A stretch of DNA of 62,866 bases, filler included, from Sphacelaria rigidula (Eukaryota), in the NCBI GenBank assembly GCA_964200075.2. It is 6 parts of 6 records of this genome, joined end to end, with 100 filler letters (N's around TTAATTAATTAA, not from the genome) between each part and the next. Parts side by side here need not be neighbours in the genome. Positions count along the whole stretch, not along the records: positions 10,497 to 20,892 come from CAXNAA020006582.1; positions 20,993 to 31,387 come from CAXNAA020006583.1; 4 more parts are not named here. One strand, 5' to 3'. Position 1 is the stretch's first letter, and each line of letters starts with the position of its first letter. Shown here one piece after another: positions 11,625 to 25,435 of the stretch. The notes beneath the pieces were generated by a model. That model was not told the DNA's origin, ran no database searches, and worked only from the letters and a program-made list of their open reading frames with translations. The translations under genes and the position numbers were made by a program.

Positions 11625-13189
11625 AGACGTTGCAGGGTAAAATTGAAGAGCGAGTAACGCCTCAGTCAAGAAGCTTGCGAAATTCTTCTCTAATGATGCG
11701 GCGTTCTTCTGGCGGGGAGCCGCGCTGTTTCGTGGCAAAGTATGCGCGCGGTGCAATAACCAGCGAAACAGTTGGAACTCATACTTCGCCCCCCCAGGGG
11801 TTCATCCCAGGGGGTTCAGCAACCACATCAGCGAAATAAGTGCCTGAAACCTTTTATAGGGCTTGTAAGAACCATCAAAGACAAGGTATATAGTCGAGCA
11901 GTCAAGTTGCATGATACGCTGGATATGAAGGGCAGAAAGGTAAAATAGTAAGGAAACTACGTAGGTCTGCGTAATGAATAAGTCATAACAGGACAATGCA
12001 CGGGAAGATAAGTGGCTGCATGATATTGGAACCAAGTCTAAAGCACAGAAACAAGATAGTATCCAACTACGGTACAGGGAACGCCAAGAAGTCATGTCTG
12101 GCGAGTAGCAAAACATACAATCAACCACCTGTGTGGGATAAAATGAGGACCATGTTCGGTTACACCAAGGTGATTTCCCTGTTATGCTATAAAAGAGTGC
12201 ACGGGATTAGCCAAGCCAAAATCACAATTCTGGCACTCCACACCGGAACACAAAGTCATTGGCAAACCGTTCAGTGCTACCTGCGTGCCGTCCTCGACGC
12301 AATTACGTTCAGCACCGGCTTCCCCATCGGGATGCGGCACACACACCCAGGACAAGAATGCAGGCGAACCGAAGGCGGCGGTAATAGACGGCAAGGTTGG
12401 TACGCGTTGGAAGTCTCGGGGTACATGAAAATACGGCTCGCTTTCATACCGCCTGACGCAGATCGAAGCGTCCTGCGCCGAGCGATAAATTCGATGTTGC
12501 AAACCAGATGGGTGAAAGGGTTAGAAGCGGATTCTTTATCAAGTATGATGAATACAGGCAGCGCAATCGACAGGCCCATGCGGATAGCCTACACCAGCAC
12601 AGCCGAAAGGGAAACATCAAGAGTGCAAAACACAACATAAGACTGACAGAACATAAATGAAACATAGTACAGCTCTGAAGAGCTCGACAACGGCGGCGCA
12701 ATTATAAAGGGCTCAAAGTACAATCGTGTGACTCAAAAGGACTACTACGGTAAACGCGACGCCCGGAGATGCAGAAAATGTGAGCATGCACGATGAAAGA
12801 AAATAAAAATGAAAGGATTTCGAGAATACCTGGGACACAGTCATTGCTGGTTGGGTACAGCAGTGATACTCTTATCGGTGGTCAGGTCCAGATCAGGCGT
12901 AAGTGAGGCAATGCAGGCGAAGCCACTATGGTGTGTACGTGGACAAAATGGCGAACGCAGTCTCATCACCATGCGGACGTCCGTGTCGGGAGAGCGGTAA
13001 CGTGGAAGCCTCAGTCGTAACAGTTGGGGCACGTGTGATGATGAAAATCATTCGCGAAAAAATCCCGTGCATTCAAAATAGAGCAAGGTGAAAAATGATG
13101 GGAGCATAAGGGCGGAACATACGCGTGCAGATGACAACATGCGATGCGATAGTAAGCAACAAAAGTACCACCGACAGTAGGCGGCAGCA

Positions 13190-13392
13190 GTAAGAACAAC
13201 AACACCACAAGTGGAACAGCAACAGTCAAATCAGGGTAGCGGAAAACATAGTGGAAACAGCAGCAGCAGCAATAACAGCAGCAGCAACAACAGATACACA
13301 GCAACAGCAACAGCATCGGCGGCAGTGACAGCGGCAGCAACAACACCACCACAACACACAGCAGGAACAACACAACCGCAACAAAAACAGCT
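13190..13392. repeat. Degenerate CAG/CAA trinucleotide low-complexity tract
   Basis: Runs of cagcagcagcaataacagcagcagcaacaac; no flanking splice or ORF support. Confidence 0.75.
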
Positions 13393-13843
13393 GTGATGGT
13401 CAAGTCTCAGGGTGGGCGTACCAAGCTCGTGAGACATAGGCTGGGGGTGGTGAAACACCAGCGGCCAGCACATTCGATACTGCAGGCGAGCAGTTTCGTT
13501 GCACCGAAGACTCACCAGGGAGTTCGGTTCAAACAGTACTGCATGCATCGTGCAAAACACAGACTCACTTGAGCGTGCAGAGAAGTGCCCTTAACTTTCT
13601 TGCAAGCGAAATGTCTCCAAGTGGTTGGCTGGTAGCGTTGGTTTCAGGCGCTGCTACTGGGTAGCTAAACGGCAGTGACTGGGCAGCTCAAAGTTGTGAG
13701 GGGCAAGGGGCCGGGGCGGAGCACGTCAAGTTGGAACACAACACCGATATGCGAATAGAATACAACCTATCGCACATGCCACGCGTACTTCGAATCGTCT
13801 ACTACACATACAGCTGATTTCCGCCGTAATACCCCCCTCCCTT

Positions 13844-15332
13844 CACCCGTGGACAGATAGCACCCTGTGGGGCGCACTGTGCAGGGTCCGTACGGGGTCC
13901 TCCACAGTCTTTGTGAAAAAACCTTGACAGTGAAAATCCAAACCTGTACCCCTCGTAGCGTTTCGATAGGGTTTTCCCCCGGGGTTGGGTTTACAGGCCT
14001 GTGTAGGCTTGTCGGCAAAGCCCTGCACAGTCATGTGGTGGCGTTTTGGTAGAAAACCCTGATTTTTGTTTTTTAAAATTCCAAACATTTTGGTACAAAA
14101 TCTGTAAAATCATATATTTTCAATAGCTTGTCCTCCTGTCCGAGGCAAATTCCTCTTCACCCGATTTGAATCGGGCAAAAAGGAATTTATTTTGAACAGC
14201 AGGACAAGCTATTCAAAAGAGATCCTTTTCTCGCCCAATTTATTTCAGCAAAAAAAAAGGATTTATTTTGAACAGCAGAAGAAGCTGTTCAAAATCGATG
14301 TTTTTCCCGCCCATTTATGAAATCAGCGAAAACGGATCTATTTCGAACAGCTTCTTCTGCTGCGCAAATCCCATGCACACTGGCAGATTTGGAATTTGAA
14401 CAGCAGAAGAAGCTCGAAATAAATGTTCACTTTGCCCTCCAATTCATCCGGAGATTGGGGGAAAAGAGATTTATTGCGAGCAGCGTCAGCTGCTGGGCAA
14501 ATCCCGCATACTGCACCGTTATCAGCATATGGGATCCGACAAGCAGAACAAATTGTTGAAGGTAATTAATCCTTTTGCCCCCCAGTCCATGCACATGGGC
14601 TAAAGGATGTATAATTTTCAACAGGTTTTGCTGAATGGAGATCCGACACACTGATTACGATCGAGTGTATGTCCACATGCCTACAAGTTTATATACGACG
14701 CTTCCGCTCAAGACGTGAATACTGAGATGACGGGGTATACCTCGCATATCAGTGCACATTGCTTTTGAAAACCCCGTGGTCCGCAGTCTACCAAAATCAC
14801 TCAACCGAGTATGCTTTTGTTTAGAGAGGTTTTTGCTTGATATTTATTAGAAGCACAAAATAATTTCGCGGGAAACAACAATCAGGTAGCTCAATGTACA
14901 ACCTGCCGCACTCCCGAGCACAGAATAGCGAATGCAATTCTCACCCCTGCCACTTTTCGAGCATTTGTTTCTGCCAGTACCATGCCCATGCTGTATGGAG
15001 TATATTGTATGCGTGCTATAAAGGCTGCACAGTATATTAACAGCGATGAATTCTACACGGAGCGACGAAACCCTGTGCAGCGCCCTGTGTGGCACAAAGT
15101 AATACCCAACAGTCAGATCCCCGCGAGAAACCCTGCACAGTTTCCCTGAACCCTGTAGACGTGCCCCACAGAGTGCCGTTTGTTCACGTGTGCATAACCA
15201 CTGTAGAGGAACCCTGTGGAGCGTCCTGTGCTACGCTGGAAAAGACTGTACAGTAAAATTCCCGCCAGAAACACTGCGCAGGCTACGTAAACCCTGTAGA
15301 CCCCTCCACAAGGTGCTATCTGTCCACGTGTG
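13844..15332. mobile_element. Non-autonomous CACTA/CMC-like DNA transposon (copy A, ~1.49 kb)
   Basis: TIRs CACCCGTGGACAGATAGCACC...GGTGCTATCTGTCCACGTGTG, many subterminal CCCTGTG/CACAGGG repeats, and flanking TT/TT (2-bp TSD). An inverted homologue lies at 23892-25131. Confidence 0.8.
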
Positions 15333-18300
15333 TTGCTTTGTGCACGCCATAAATACGAAGTAAGGAAAGTCACAGCTATACTCCACTAGAGAGGTAGTTC
15401 ACTCTGATCTGTATGCCATTAGCCTAACATCACGTCGACGACGAGAAAATCGCTGAATATCGGAGCGAGGGTTGACCGCGGGAAAACCTCGTCATGAAGC
15501 CGGAAAGATGGACAAAACTTGGTATTCAGAGAAAAGCCTCACCGCTTGAAGAAACATCTCTCTCACGCCCTTTCAGATCATAGCGACTGCTTTCGCATGT
15601 GCCATGTCTTCCCGGGATCTCAGTTAGACTGGAGAACAGAAACCACCAAAAATAGAATGTGCTTATTTTCAGATAGTAACGGCGCTTAGACACCCCTGAT
15701 TGGTTACACCAATCCTGGGTAGTGTGGGACTCGCAAAGAGCTGATCCACTGAAAATAACCCCAAGGAAGCGTTTACTGGTTGATGGCAGTGCTGAACGCT
15801 TTTCTCCTATCGACCTGTACCCGCTAACCTACTGGACAATGGGGGGCTACATCGTAGATCAACAGTTCAGTCACGATACAGTGTCCCAGCAGGTACTCGG
15901 CGCCCACCCTATTGTGCAATGCTAAAGCATGAATATTTCTACATGGGAAGGGTGGGGTACCCTAAAATTGAATCAACGTTTACCGAGGACGAAGAAAAGT
16001 GATGAACGGACTGGGTACCTGAAACAAAGGGTAGGATCAAGTCTAACAAAGTCAAGATGAGATTAAAAAACGATAAATAATCCCCTGGAATGCAAGATTA
16101 GAAAAAAAACGAAGAGAGCGGAGCAAGATCGACCCCGCAAAAACGTGGAGAGGAAAACAGAAACCGAGCAATAGTGTGATGTGAACAAACCAGGTCCGCA
16201 AAAAAAGGGAAAGGGGAAAAAACAAAATAAAACATGAAGAAAAACTAGAGAGAACATACCACTTCCATAGAACGGAAAAACAATTCATGGGCCATGAAAA
16301 CGAGTAAAAAATGACTGACACGAAAATGAGGATCAGGTCCGACGAAAGCAAGAGAAAAAAACGGAAGAGAAAAAAAAACACGTGGAATCCAGACCAGGAA
16401 CCGAACAAAGAAAAAATAAGGGCTTGAGGGGAAAATTCTGGCCCGAAAAAATAAGGCAAAAAAATCGAGAAAGACGACGTCCCAGAAAAATCAAAATCAA
16501 ACGTTCACAAGTGAAGAAATAAAACGGAACGATACCAAGGTTTATAATTGAGCTCATGATCAACGTGGAAACACGAGTAAAAACAAACGCGAAGAGAGTA
16601 GAAAATAAATAAATAAATAATGAACAACTGTTTCAATGATAAGAAACAATCAGTTCTGAACTACTATTTATTCCTAAAAATGAAAAGATAATACAAAACT
16701 GCTTCTCTCTTCTCTACTGCAGCACGAAACGCTTTCCTACTCTCTCCTTCGTACAATATGAATGCTTTTCTCTGCTTCGTTCGCTCAATGGACAGGCTCG
16801 CTCGTCTGGGCTACTTTCTGGACCTCTCTAGGTGAAGACTTTTTTCAGTCTCCGTCATCGTGTCACTCTCCAGAACCGTCCGCCGCCGTCGAGCACTTGT
16901 TCTTCCTGCTCAGCTCCGCCAAATCCTCTCAGAATGCGAAACCTATGGGGAAGAAGTTCAGAGCACCACTACGCGACCGAGGAACATGGCGTGCTCGGGC
17001 GGGACGGCATACATAATGTCTTGGCCGGGTGGTGCAGATGCCGAACGGCGTGGAACCCGTCAACTCGTGGAAGCGTGAGGCTTTCCAGGACTTCGCTTCC
17101 TGGTGGCCACTCCAATATTTCTCCATCCTGGGCCTTTCCTCGCTATTCCCAACCTGATCGTTTTTCCTGAATTCACACTTACGCGTACGTATTTTGTGTC
17201 CTTGCATCACCACCTGCAGACTGCGTACCGTGATCGATCCTTATTGAATTTCAAGCCATCGTGTACTAGTGCTGCAGTTTCCTGCCGTTTCCATCCCGGC
17301 ATGTTGGGATCTCCCTCTCTGGATCCACCAAATGGGAATCGGGAAGCGAGGTCAACTGCCCGACAGATTTATGTATGCTAATGCAACATTACCTCAATCG
17401 TTGGCAAGTTGGTCTCCGCCTCGTCCCATGGGTCTGCCGCACGCCCCCACCTCACGGCCGTTTGACGACGGCTTGATCTCTTGGGCCTCCCGCAACTGCA
17501 TGACAGCGCATCTTGCCTGATATCTTTCGTCCTCATTGACAAAGGAAGCGGTCACGCATCGTAGATGGGGTGACGCCTACTGCTACATTTTTACGGAATA
17601 TGTGAAAGAGGGCTAACAGGTTGGCTATCATTGTTTTTGGAACCGCCAGCAGCTCCTTATCATCGACTCCCAGGTATCGCTTCTATTTTGTACTCAGACC
17701 GCCTCTCACCTACCGTTTCGGCAGTGGCTTTCCCCTAAGTTCCTATCGCACCTGTTCCCACAAAGGATCTCCTTGCTAGCGCCCAGATTGGATGCGTTAG
17801 TGAGGGTCTGCAGAGCACGATCATTTGCCACTGTGTCTAACGGTTGGATTGGAGGTCCGCGGATGAACTAGGCGTCTGCCCCCCTGGGAGAGTATGCCTA
17901 CCTCCGTTCGTTTGCTGACTGTGCGGATGACCACGACTAATACCTGTTACGGAACGTCGGTCGGTGCTGTGCGGGCGGTCTCGGCTCTACCACTTGGACA
18001 GCTACGTGACGTTACTCAGCAAACAAATGGCGCTGATTTGCTGTGAATGGTGTACAGCACTCGTCACGAGGGGTAGCTCTAGCTTACCATTGATGGAGTC
18101 AAGAGCCTGCTTTGGGTCCGTGGAAAACAGTCCAGTGTCGAGAAAGCCCAGCAGGCCGTTCACCAGCTACCGTTTTTCCGACTCACATACCTATTTCATG
18201 TTTGTCTGATACGCTTACGTTGGAGGCGGATGGGTCGAGCGGCACTATTGGGACGTACTGCACGGGGAGGGGGTTTTGACGGGGATCTACCCTAGATGTG

Positions 18301-19695
18301 TTTGGGTCGACCTTCCGCTACTCTCACGAGTATGTGACGGATCCGTGAGTCGGGAGGTCAGTGGCAGGGGTACGATTACAGATTCAACTACGTGCATCTG
18401 GGGAACCTTACTCTGAGCAAGGATGGTAGCGTAGAAATGTCTGCGGCGCCAAGGTCAAAAGATTACCGTCTCACATGTTAATCTTACGCTACAACATTAC
18501 CGACATGTAGTTACACCACCTTTTCCCAATGTCTAGCAAAACTTCCACTGGCCGCGATCGGTGGAGTCGCTGCCGATGACCGATCTCACCCGTTATCTCA
18601 AGTTGACTTTCGTTGCGCTCAGCGGTCGTCCCTGAACTTTGCCATCGCAGGTTTCCCAAGACAGATGTACCTGGGGTGTGCTTTCGTGCATCAGGCAAGG
18701 GCGCTCGCAAAATATTCGCCAAAATAACACCATGGATGGACGAGCTATACGCTTGCAGTATGAAGGTAGCAATTAACATAGCGAAGATGACTGTAGAGTG
18801 AAATTACCACGGGAAATAGAAAGAACATACAAATGTAGAAAGCGAGAGGAGAAAAACGGCAGAAAATCAACGGGTACCATACGCCAGACATGGGAACAAA
18901 AGGGAAAGAAAAAACAAAATGTGAGTCAATGAAATGAGAAATTGACGTAAATAATGCATCGTGGGCTACGACTTCTAAATGCAGATGGTGGGCGAAAGAG
19001 GGGAAACTATGTGAATAAGGAGGCAAAAAGTAATATCAAGAAAAAAATACCAGCGGGAGAGGAAAAAAACGTGTGGAGAAAAAGTCGCAAAAAATAGATG
19101 AGTAGCGGATTAGGAAATTGATGACTGTTGGAAAATAAAGATATGAAGGAGGGCAAGCGGAAGAGAAGAAAGCGTATAAAAAAGCCCGCAAATAAAAACA
19201 TTATAGTAGTGGAACAGGAGACTGATGATGATATGAAAAAAAAACCAGAAAAAGCGGAAGAGGAAACCAGGAACAGAAAAAACAAACAAGGGGAGAAGCC
19301 CCAGATCACTGACGTGGTGTGATGCGGTAACAACGATCATGAATGGGTGCCGGCATTGCGCAGGTGCGTTCGGGGCAAGCATAATCGAACGGTAAAAGCG
19401 GCGGGGGGCGAAGGGGAGGGGCATTAGCGTGGGCTCATCTGATGTTCACGTGCAACGTTGAAGACGCTGCTATAGGAGGAGTACTTTAGCAGAAATGAGA
19501 AACAATGGGACACTGTAGAAGGCCATACTGTAGAAGGAATGGGTGCAACAGTGCAGTAGCTGAAGGAGAAAATAGTGATAATTATGAACTGCAGGAAAAA
19601 GGCAGAGAAAAAACCTCGATCGTAGTGCAAAGAAAATGAAATAATTAAAAGAATTGCCAGACCTCAAATAAATAAAGACCGAAGTAGTTGATAGA

Positions 19696-20625
19696 AAAAA
19701 AGCAAATAAATAAGTGAGTAAATAAATAAGTGAGTAAATAACTGAATAAATAAGTGAGTAAATGAATAAGTAAATAAATAAGTAAATAAATAAGTAAATG
19801 AGGAAGTAAATGAGGAAGTAAATACAAAAGTAAATCAATAAGTAAATCAAAAGTGAACAAATAAGTGTCATCAAGAGGGAATAGCTAATACAGTGGCTGG
19901 GGTCTCTCAGTATGAGTGCCAGGAGATACCATGGTGCCAACCCACAAAGCTCCCACGTGGGCAGACTCACACAGACCTAGCTATCCTTCCTTGACTTATC
20001 ACAAGTAAATTCATTCATGTTCAGACTCTTGATAAGGAACTCACGTGTTTGCTTAGCATCATGTTTTATCTACAAGCCTCTCTTACCCAGTACAGCCGCA
20101 GGGCAGCCATAGGAGCAGAGCGTAGTGATGGCCCAGGGTAGACCACGGCAAGGGCAGCAACTGATCAAGATGGGGCGAGGCGGCCTGCGGCCGCCTATGA
20201 ACAACCCTAACCAATGACAGTAGCAAACGCGATAACGACGCGTCACGGAATCCAGAGTCTACGAGCAGACCCGCGCAGAGTATATCTTGCAACGCCCCTG
20301 AGCTTCATCACACAAGTGAATAAATAGGTAAATATAATGGGTAACTAAATAAGTAAATAAATAGGTAAATGATAGGTAAATGATAGGTAAATAATCGGTA
20401 AATAAAAAGTAAATAGATATGTGAATAGACTTGTAAATAGATATGTAAACAAATATGTAAACAAATATGTAAATACATGAATAAACAAAGAAGTAAATAA
20501 ATAAACAAACAAACAAACAAACAAACAAACAAATGAATAAATACATAATAAATGAATAAATACATAATCAATAATAGGTAAGTAAATAAAAAGTAAATAA
20601 ATAAACAAATGAGTAAATAAATATC
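19696..20625. repeat. AAAT/AAGT/AAAC tetranucleotide low-complexity tracts (19696-19865 and 20318-20625)
   Basis: aaataaataagtgagtaaataaataag... repeats, which generate spurious I/Y/L/F-rich ORFs on the minus strand. Confidence 0.8.
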
Positions 20626-22969
20626 GGTCACTGTGAAATGAGAAATCAAACGCAGCAAAACGCTACTCGTACGGTAGTTGAAGGGTGGACGGAACAAAAT
20701 GATCAAGGCGAGAGCCCGGCACATGGTATCTTACGCAAGTGCGATGTCTACTGCTAACAGTCGATCCTAATGTTTGGGGTTGAAACAAAAAATGAGCTTG
20801 AAGTCCCATTTCTCTATTGCAGGGTAGATACGAAAGAGTAACACAGAACGAAAGTATCTTCCTCCCCCAAACTCCGCAGGAGGGCTTAACCGNNNNNNNN
20901 NNNNNNNNNNNNNNNNNNNNNNNNNNNNNNNNNNNNTTAATTAATTAANNNNNNNNNNNNNNNNNNNNNNNNNNNNNNNNNNNNNNNNNNNNTAGCCCGA
21001 AGGTGGGAAAAATGTGCGGGCGCTCATCCCCAACAAGTTGGCCAAGCAAGTTGTACATGACGTTCCCGACTCATGATAATAAGAAATGCGTGACATGTAC
21101 AACCGATGCATCCAATTTTTCAGCACATAGTTGACTTATGTACCCATTATTTACCCCGGAAGTCATGGAAGGTATGAAACGAGAACCTTCGGGTTATACT
21201 GAGCCACGCACAAGCTAAGAAGCTGTATGAATTACAAATAGATGATGTACGACTAGCATGATCTATTCATTGAAATGATGGTTCTGAGTTGACTAAGAGT
21301 CATCATGTCACATCGCCAAAAATTTTGAAAGCAACGTGTGCGCAGTCGGGATCGTTACCGTTCACGGTACGGTAGGGTATCACAGTAATGTTCTGTGTTA
21401 TACTGCGGTGCTTTGCGTTGGGCTTGTTCTGTTGTGGTAAGTGTAGTGAGCCCGTGAGTGTAGTGTAGTGCAGCATACAGTGTTGTATTGTGAGAGCACA
21501 CAGTACGCTGCCGTGCTGGTTTGTGCGGAACTGTGCCATGATGTGCTGTAGTGTGTCCTGTAGTCTAGTCTAGTGTAGCGTAGCGTAGCCTAGCCCAGCG
21601 TAGTGTATCCGTGTTGCTGTGCTATGCTTTGTTGGGCCCGGACAAGGAAACCCCGAGTGGGTTCTGTCAATGTCCGTTTTTACACAGCAATTGTCAACTG
21701 CGGTGAATCACCGTACACCACTGCGCAACTTTGTTCACGATGTGCAATCTACAATATCCTCGATGTTTTCCCCCCGTACTATGGTACCGGCCACATCCCC
21801 TTCGCTATCGGTTAGTCTGAAGCACAGAAAAGTGAATACTGCTTCGTGTACCGGCACGGCGGAGCAATTCGTACAGGTGCTTTCAGTACAATATTGCGTG
21901 TTGCCTTCCTGTGAGGTCCCAACACAACAGCACGACCACGCCGTCGATGGTTCTTGATTGGAAGGACGCATCTTTCCACCATTACGCAGAGGTACCGCTC
22001 GTGCACGGTACTAAACAGCCGCGGCGAATTGCCGCGCCTCCTTGTACCTGCCGGATCTAGTGTCATGTTGACTCGCCATGATACGCAAGCAGTCATGCTG
22101 TATAAACCATTGGTCCGCTGAGTCGAGGGTGGATTACACATATGCAGCGCATTACCCATGGGGAAAAAATACGCGTGATACAGGCCCCATGAACATGAAA
22201 TGGCAGAATTCAACTCTTTGCCGAGTGTTGGTCCCACATTCACTCGAGGGTGGATAACATATAACATATTGTGCAGTGCAGGCATCTTGCGCGCATTTCA
22301 GGTTTGAGAAAAGTGTGTGTGGTTCAGGCCCCTTGATTGCAGATTAATTAACCTTGTTCACTTAGGTAGGTCCCGCATTCATCCGAAGGTGGGAAACATA
22401 TACCAGCGCTCACGTCGAACTTGTCGCACATGGCGTGCATATACAAGCCATTCACGCCTTGAGTCACGAAGAAGGGTTGACTGCGTGAATTACATCACGC
22501 CTTGAGTCATGAAGAAGGGTTGACTGCGTGAATTACAACTGATGTACGAACCGCATGATTTATTCATTGAGATGATGACTTCGAGTTGACTCACGAGTTG
22601 ATTTGTCCTAAGCGTGCATTCAAATAGGTAGACCAGGAATCCACACATAAGAGGTACTCTCCGTGAAAAGGATACGAATGTAACGGTCTTCCATGGTTCG
22701 TTGTTTCGTTGAACCGTAACAGATTGTACCGCTATTTTTTGTCGCAACGACTTCATTCAAACACAATAAATATAGACTGTATCGTCTTGATCTTTACAAC
22801 AGAGCATCCCTATTATTGCACGAGGCTTCTCGGTTCGCATTGAATTGGGGTCAGGGTCAGGGTCAGGGTTAATGTTATTCCGAAGTACTATGCATCGGCC
22901 GCGACCCTTGTCGTCTGTCTACCCTGTCTATTTGTGTGCCTCACCATGCATGGACAACAGGTTGCATTC

Positions 22970-23385
22970 AACAGTAGATTCTCGCATATGAGGTTGAAAA
23001 CAAGATGAGGTTCAACTCAAAAGCCGTGCTTTCCCTGACCTAAGCTCATGACATATGACTTTCATGCGGACAACCTCATCCCTCCCGACCTCCCTAGAAC
23101 TATTTCGGGGTACTTCTAGTCTTCCGTTCCCTCAAAGGGTATGTACGAAAGCACACGTTTGTGTCGATTTCGGGGTGAAAAAATGACGCTTTTTGGCCCA
23201 AAAATCTTGCTTTTACACATACCCTTTGAGGGAACGGAAGGCTAGAAATACCCCGAAATAGTTGGAGGGGGTAGGGAGGGATGAAGCCATCCATGTGAAA
23301 GTCATTTGTCATGACCTTAGGTCGGGTAAGCGCTTTGACTGGAACCTCATTTTTTGTTCAGCCCCATTTTCGAGGATCCACTGTT
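22970..23385. mobile_element. Fold-back MITE (AACAG...CTGTT family), copy 1
   Basis: The two arms (~200 bp each) are reverse complements, e.g. TTCCGTTCCCTCAAAGGGTATGT vs ACATACCCTTTGAGGGAACGGAA. Termini are AACAGTAGATTCTCG...CGAGGATCCACTGTT; flanks ATTC/ATTA. Confidence 0.85.
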
Positions 23386-23891
23386 ATTATTGGCAAGAAG
23401 TGCATTGCTTACAGGGTCGTTATTAGAGGTACAGTGCGGGCCCGCACGTAAGAAATACCATCGAAATAATTTGAGCCTCAGAGTTTCGAAAATCTAAGGA
23501 ATTCGCCATAAGAAGTTGAGGCCAGAAGATGAGATATGACAAGATATAAAGCGGCAGGAAATCGATCAGTATCGTGTACCAAAAAAGTGATCCTACGGTA
23601 GGGGTGCACAGATATTTTTCGAGGTTGGAAATGTTGGGAGTTTTTTTTTCTCCACAACATGACTTGTGCATATCTAGGTGTACGCTAGGATTACTATTTC
23701 AATGTGCTGAGGGTATCCCGAATGAATTTGCAAACGGAGATACCCTAAACCATATTCTTGTGCATCTAGAATCATCAGGAAACAGTGCACACGCGGCCAT
23801 CCGGCTACCTCCATAAATACTCTGTTCCGGTCAATTTTTCGAGCCTCCAGAAGAATCAAACGCCTCTGGAGGGTGTGCGGCCCTCCAGAGG

Positions 23892-25131
23892 CACACGTGG
23901 ACAAATAGCACCCTGTGGGGCACGTCTACAGGGTTCAGGGAAACTGTGCAGTGTTTGTCGCGGGGATCTGGCTGTAGTTATTTTTTTGCGCCCCACAGGA
24001 CGTTTCACAGGGTTTCAGGGAAATTGTGCAGGGTTTCTCGCGGGGATTTGGCTGTAGGGTATTATTTTGTGCCACACAAGGCGCTTCACAGGGTTTGGTC
24101 GCTCCGTGTAGAATTCATCACTGTTAATATGCTGTACAGCCTTTACAGCGCACATGCACATGGGCATGGTACTGGCAGAAGAAAACGGTCAAGATGTTAC
24201 AGCTATAGAAGTCGTACACACGAGTTTGGGCATTGGAGTGCGTCAGTGTGCACTTTGAGCTACCTGGCTTGTTTTGATGTGAGGAATACTTTGTGCTTCT
24301 AATAACTATCAAGCAAAAACCTCTCTGAACAAAAGCATACTCGATCGAGTGATTTTGGTAGACTGCGCACCACGGGGTTTTCAAAAGCAATGTGAAGTCA
24401 TATGCGATGTATACACCGTTCCGTTCTCATGTGATCACGCCGAGTCTGTGCAGTAAGGACAGGTGTGGACATACATACGTAACCAATGTGGGATCTCTAC
24501 TCAGCGAAAACTGTTGCGGAACATTCCTCCTTTGGGGCTATAGGATAAGTTGCTCTCAACATTTTTGTTGCGTGTATGATCCCATACGCTGGTAACGGTG
24601 CAGTATGCGGGATATGCACAGCTGACGCTGCTTGTAATAAATCTCTTTTCCGCCATTTTCCGAATGAAATTGGAGGGCAAAGTGAAGATATATTTTGAGC
24701 TTCTTCTGCTGTTCTAATTCCAAATCTGCCAGTGTGCATGGGATTTGCGCAGCAGAATAAGCTTTTCGAAATAGATCCTATATTTGCCCAAATAAAATGG
24801 GCGAAAAAATGACATATTTTGAATAGCTTCTCCTGCTGTCCGAGATAAATTCATATTTGCCCTATTCAATAGATCAAAAAGAGGATTTATCTCGGACAGC
24901 ACGAGAAGCTATTCAAAAAAATATTATCGTGCAGATTTTATACCAAAATAATTTGGAATTTTCGAAATTGGGAAGGCCTCTCCACAGGGTTGCTTGCAGG
25001 GTTTCGAGAAGAACGCTATGCAAAATGCTATTGCAGGTGCTAGGGTTTGCAAATGCTGCACAGGTTTTTTCACAAAGACTGTGGAGAACCCTGTGCGGCT
25101 CGTCCTACAGGGTGCTATTTGTCCACGTTTG
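23892..25131. mobile_element. Non-autonomous CACTA/CMC-like DNA transposon (copy B, ~1.24 kb)
   Basis: TIRs CACACGTGGACAAATAGCACCCTGT...ACAGGGTGCTATTTGTCCACGTTTG with flanks GG/GG. The interior is collinear with the reverse complement of 13844-15332. Confidence 0.8.
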
Positions 25132-25435
25132 GGGGTGGGATCGAACGCCTCCAGAGGCTTGTTTTGCCTCTGAAGGGCCGCGCACCCTCTGGAGGAACTT
25201 GGAGGATGTGCAGCCATCGAGAGCATCATATTTTTTGGTACTCTCGTGTGATTCAGACCTCAGAAGTCACTAAAGCATCATCAGATGCCCTCCAGAGGAT
25301 TCATTTTATGACAGGAACTAAGTATGAAATACCCACTAGAGAGTATTTTCATCCCCCGGAGGATCACTTTACCCTCGAGGGGATGAAATCGCGATAGAAG
25401 ATGTTTATGGATGGGGGTAGCCGAATGGCCGCGTG

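Noticed and set aside
11996-12640. 214-aa ORF (and overlapping minus-strand ORFs or a candidate exon at ~12281-12588)
   Set aside because: No recognisable domain and no partner exons to build a frame-consistent gene.
15400-19690. Possible decayed LINE, plus F/L-rich minus-strand ORFs resembling membrane proteins
   Set aside because: I could read no RT or endonuclease motif. The hydrophobic ORFs come from A-rich low-complexity strand bias.
20085-20295. Candidate minus-strand exon between AAAT tracts
   Set aside because: It has AG/GT borders and one open frame, but no recognisable protein and no neighbouring exons.
22452-22537. 43-bp near-perfect tandem duplication
   Set aside because: Real, but a simple local duplication inside a repeat relic with no sign of function.
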